Source of the DNA: Deltaproteobacteria bacterium
GTDB lineage: Bacteria > Myxococcota > Kuafuiibacteriia > Kuafuiibacteriales > Kuafuiibacteriaceae
Assembly (NCBI GenBank): GCA_040218735.1
Contig: JAVJQW010000019.1
Coordinates: 320,001 to 384,000, forward strand
DNA: 64,000 nucleotides
Direction: 5' to 3'
The translations under genes were made by a program, and so were the position numbers. Positions 61,710 to 64,000 of this stretch are shown in pieces. Positions within the stretch are counted from its first letter, which is position 1. Every line of letters starts with the position of its first letter. The notes under the pieces were generated by a model. That model was not told where the DNA came from, made no database searches, and was given only the letters and a program-made list of their open reading frames with translations.

Positions 61710-62510
61710 ATGCAGCTCATGCGCTCGGTCGCCCTGGCGATCGCCTCGTTGGCGTTCGCGGGGCCCTCGTACGCCCAGGACGAACCGAAGGAGGGGGATC
61801 CGCCCTTCGCGCGGGTCGCCGACGACGAAGAGACGATCTACGCCGTCCAGCGCAAGGCGTTCTCGGTGGAGGACAAGCTCGAGCTGACGCCGTTCGTCGC
61901 CGCGACGTTCGCGGACCGCTTCGTCCAGAGCTTCGCGATCGCCGGGAGCCTCGGCTACCACCTCCGCGAGACGTTCGCGGTCGAAGTGTTCGGCAGCTAC
62001 ATGTTCCCGACCGAGTCCGGCCTCACGCGAGAGATCCTCGACCGCGGGATGTTGCTCCCCGAGACCGCGAAGCTGACCCAGCTCCTGTGGGCGGCGGGCG
62101 CGGGCGTCAAGTTCAGCCCGCTGTACGGGAAGGTCCAAGTGATGGGCGCCGTGCTCGGCAACCTCGCCTTCTACGTCGGCGCGGGGTTCGCGATCGGCGA
62201 GTCACGGGTGCGGTGCACGTCGGGGCAGCGGCTCGACCCGGCGAAGTTCGGCGATCGCGTGTGCCCGATGCAGCCGAGCGTCGACGAGGAGGCGTACGAG
62301 CCGGCGACGCTCCGACCGCTCGGCGCGATCTCGGGCGGCGTGCGCTTCGACCTGTCGGAGTGGCTCGCGATCGAGTTCGAGGTGAAGGACTACATCTACG
62401 TGGCGCGTGTCTTTCGGCCGGAGGTCGACGCGCCGACGCAGCGCTACACGGACGCGGTGCGCAACGATCTGTTCGCGCAGCTCGGCGTGGGGATCTTGAT
62501 GGGCCCGTAA
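61710..62510 (+). CDS. Myxobacterial-type outer-membrane beta-barrel protein (GltA/B/H-like)
   Basis: Signal peptide; IYAVQRK...KLELTP, GYHLRE, FSPLYGK, FEVKDY. Confidence 0.8.
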   Translation: MQLMRSVALAIASLAFAGPSYAQDEPKEGDPPFARVADDEETIYAVQRKAFSVEDKLELTPFVAATFADRFVQSFAIAGSLGYHLRETFAVEVFGSYMFPTESGLTREILDRGMLLPETAKLTQLLWAAGAGVKFSPLYGKVQVMGAVLGNLAFYVGAGFAIGESRVRCTSGQRLDPAKFGDRVCPMQPSVDEEAYEPATLRPLGAISGGVRFDLSEWLAIEFEVKDYIYVARVFRPEVDAPTQRYTDAVRNDLFAQLGVGILMGP

Positions 62511-62514
62511 GCGG

Positions 62515-64000
62515 TTACAGCCCGTCGACGAGCGTGGGCTCGAGGAAGCGGGTCGGCACGGCGGTGACCTGCCCGAACCCGTTGGAGCCCCAGCATTCGA
62601 GGTGCCGATCGGTGCGAACGGCGCAGCTGTGGTCCGCACCGATCACGAAGTCGACGGTCGCACTCAAGTGCTCCACGCGGGTCGGACGCAGCTCGTCGCG
62701 GGCGTTACCGTTGGCGAGGTTGTGCGCCTCGTTCTGTCCCCAGCACGACCACGCGCCGCTCCCGAGTCTCGCGCACGGGGAGTGCTGTTTACCGCGGATC
62801 TCGACGGCGCCCGAGAAGTCGTAGACGCGCTCGGGGGCCATGCGGTGGATGCGGTTGTTCGAGCCGAGCGCGCCCTGTTCGTTGTTCCCCCAGCAGTACA
62901 CGTCGCCGTTTTGGAGTCGGGCGCACGAGATGCTGCCGCCTGCGATCACCTCCTCCGCGGGCCCCGGCAGTGGCACGGGAAGGTCGGGCGTCTCCCAGTG
63001 GTCTACGCCGAACAAGTAGGCACCGATACACACGACCGTGTCTTGGAGCGTCACGGCGCACACGTGATGATCGCCGAGGGCGAGCGCGCGGACCTGCCCG
63101 AGCTCGGGCACCGGCGTGACGCCCGCGAAGTAGCGACCCCAACACGTGACCCAGCCTTCACGGTCGATCACGCAGCTCCGATCCCAGTTCGCGCGTAGCG
63201 CGATCGCGTCGGGCGCGTCGACGATCTCCACGGGCGCCCGAATCTCCGCGGGACCTCCGGGCAGCACTTGTCCCCAATCGTTCCTCCCCCAGCAGTGCAC
63301 TCGGTTTTTGGGGTCGAGCGCGCAGGTGTGGTTGGCGCCGGCGGCGAAGTCGCGTGCCTCGTCCAGCTCCACGCGGACGGCGTGGCCGCCGACCAGCGGC
63401 GCCGCGGCCGACCCGAGCTGGCCGGAGGTGTTGTTTCCCCAGCACCACAACCCGCCGGGCTCGTCGAGCGCGCAGGAGTGGGTGCTACCGACGTCGACCG
63501 CTTCGACGCGCGGCAGATCGAGGGGACGTGGAGTCGCGACGAGCGGGGAGATGTCGACGCCGAGCTGGCCGGACGCGGTCGAGCCCCAGCAACGAAGCCG
63601 ACTGTCGTCGTCGAGGAGACACGCAAACGAATGACCGACCTCGATGCGCTTCGCTCCACTGAAACGAAGCGGCGTCGCGAGGTCCACGTGGTTCACGATC
63701 GCCCCCCAACAGACGACCTCGCCGTCCTCGAGCCGGGCGCAGGTCCACGACGCTCCGGCGCGAATCTGAACGGCACGGCCCCCGAGATCCGGAACGTTCG
63801 CCCCGGCCGACGGGCCCCAGCACAGGACGCTCCCGCTCTCTCGTGTCACGCAGGTGTGGTGGTAGCCGGCGGCGATCGAGGTCACGTCGGTGAGCCCCGT
63901 GTCGAACAGCTGCGTGCCGGGGAGCGGCGTCTGGGCGCCGAACATCCCGGCGGCGCCCTCGCCCCAGCAGTACACCCGCCCCTCGGCGACGGCGCAGGTG
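62515..64000 (-). CDS. RCC1-repeat protein (5' end outside the window)
   Basis: Repeated HTCA...CWGxNxxGQLG units; the frame stays open to the window edge. Confidence 0.92.
   Translation of the reverse strand, partial: TCAVAEGRVYCWGEGAAGMFGAQTPLPGTQLFDTGLTDVTSIAAGYHHTCVTRESGSVLCWGPSAGANVPDLGGRAVQIRAGASWTCARLEDGEVVCWGAIVNHVDLATPLRFSGAKRIEVGHSFACLLDDDSRLRCWGSTASGQLGVDISPLVATPRPLDLPRVEAVDVGSTHSCALDEPGGLWCWGNNTSGQLGSAAAPLVGGHAVRVELDEARDFAAGANHTCALDPKNRVHCWGRNDWGQVLPGGPAEIRAPVEIVDAPDAIALRANWDRSCVIDREGWVTCWGRYFAGVTPVPELGQVRALALGDHHVCAVTLQDTVVCIGAYLFGVDHWETPDLPVPLPGPAEEVIAGGSISCARLQNGDVYCWGNNEQGALGSNNRIHRMAPERVYDFSGAVEIRGKQHSPCARLGSGAWSCWGQNEAHNLANGNARDELRPTRVEHLSATVDFVIGADHSCAVRTDRHLECWGSNGFGQVTAVPTRFLEPTLVDGL

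Overview
High-GC bacterial chromosomal segment with Myxococcota-like hallmarks: a MYXO-CTERM-tailed protein, many Cys/Gly-rich lipoproteins, a TonB-fused receptor and a myxobacterial-type outer-membrane beta-barrel. About 55 real CDS are supported; most other long ORFs in the track are GC-rich antisense or shadow frames. Housekeeping genes include glnS, ssb, dacB, nagZ, a cyclophilin and a SWIM-SNF2 helicase. Main points of interest: (1) a rearranged flagellar filament-only module (fliC-fliD-fliT-fliC-flaG, with fliS displaced about 8 kb beside a TPR-methyltransferase), with a sigma28-like promoter, a shared leader hairpin and no hook, basal-body or export genes in the window; (2) a non-coding array of about 11 structured, GGA-rich repeats between the flagellin promoter and ssb; (3) a compositionally distinct three-gene operon encoding a secreted DUF1036-PDZ protein, a signal-peptide-bearing HNH nuclease and a putative HTH plus solute-binding-fold regulator; (4) a CsoR-type metal-efflux unit with two tandem operators; (5) several intergenic inverted-repeat elements and coding microsatellites. 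No rRNA, tRNA, CRISPR array, integrase or transposase was seen. All family calls come from motif recognition by eye, not from database searches.
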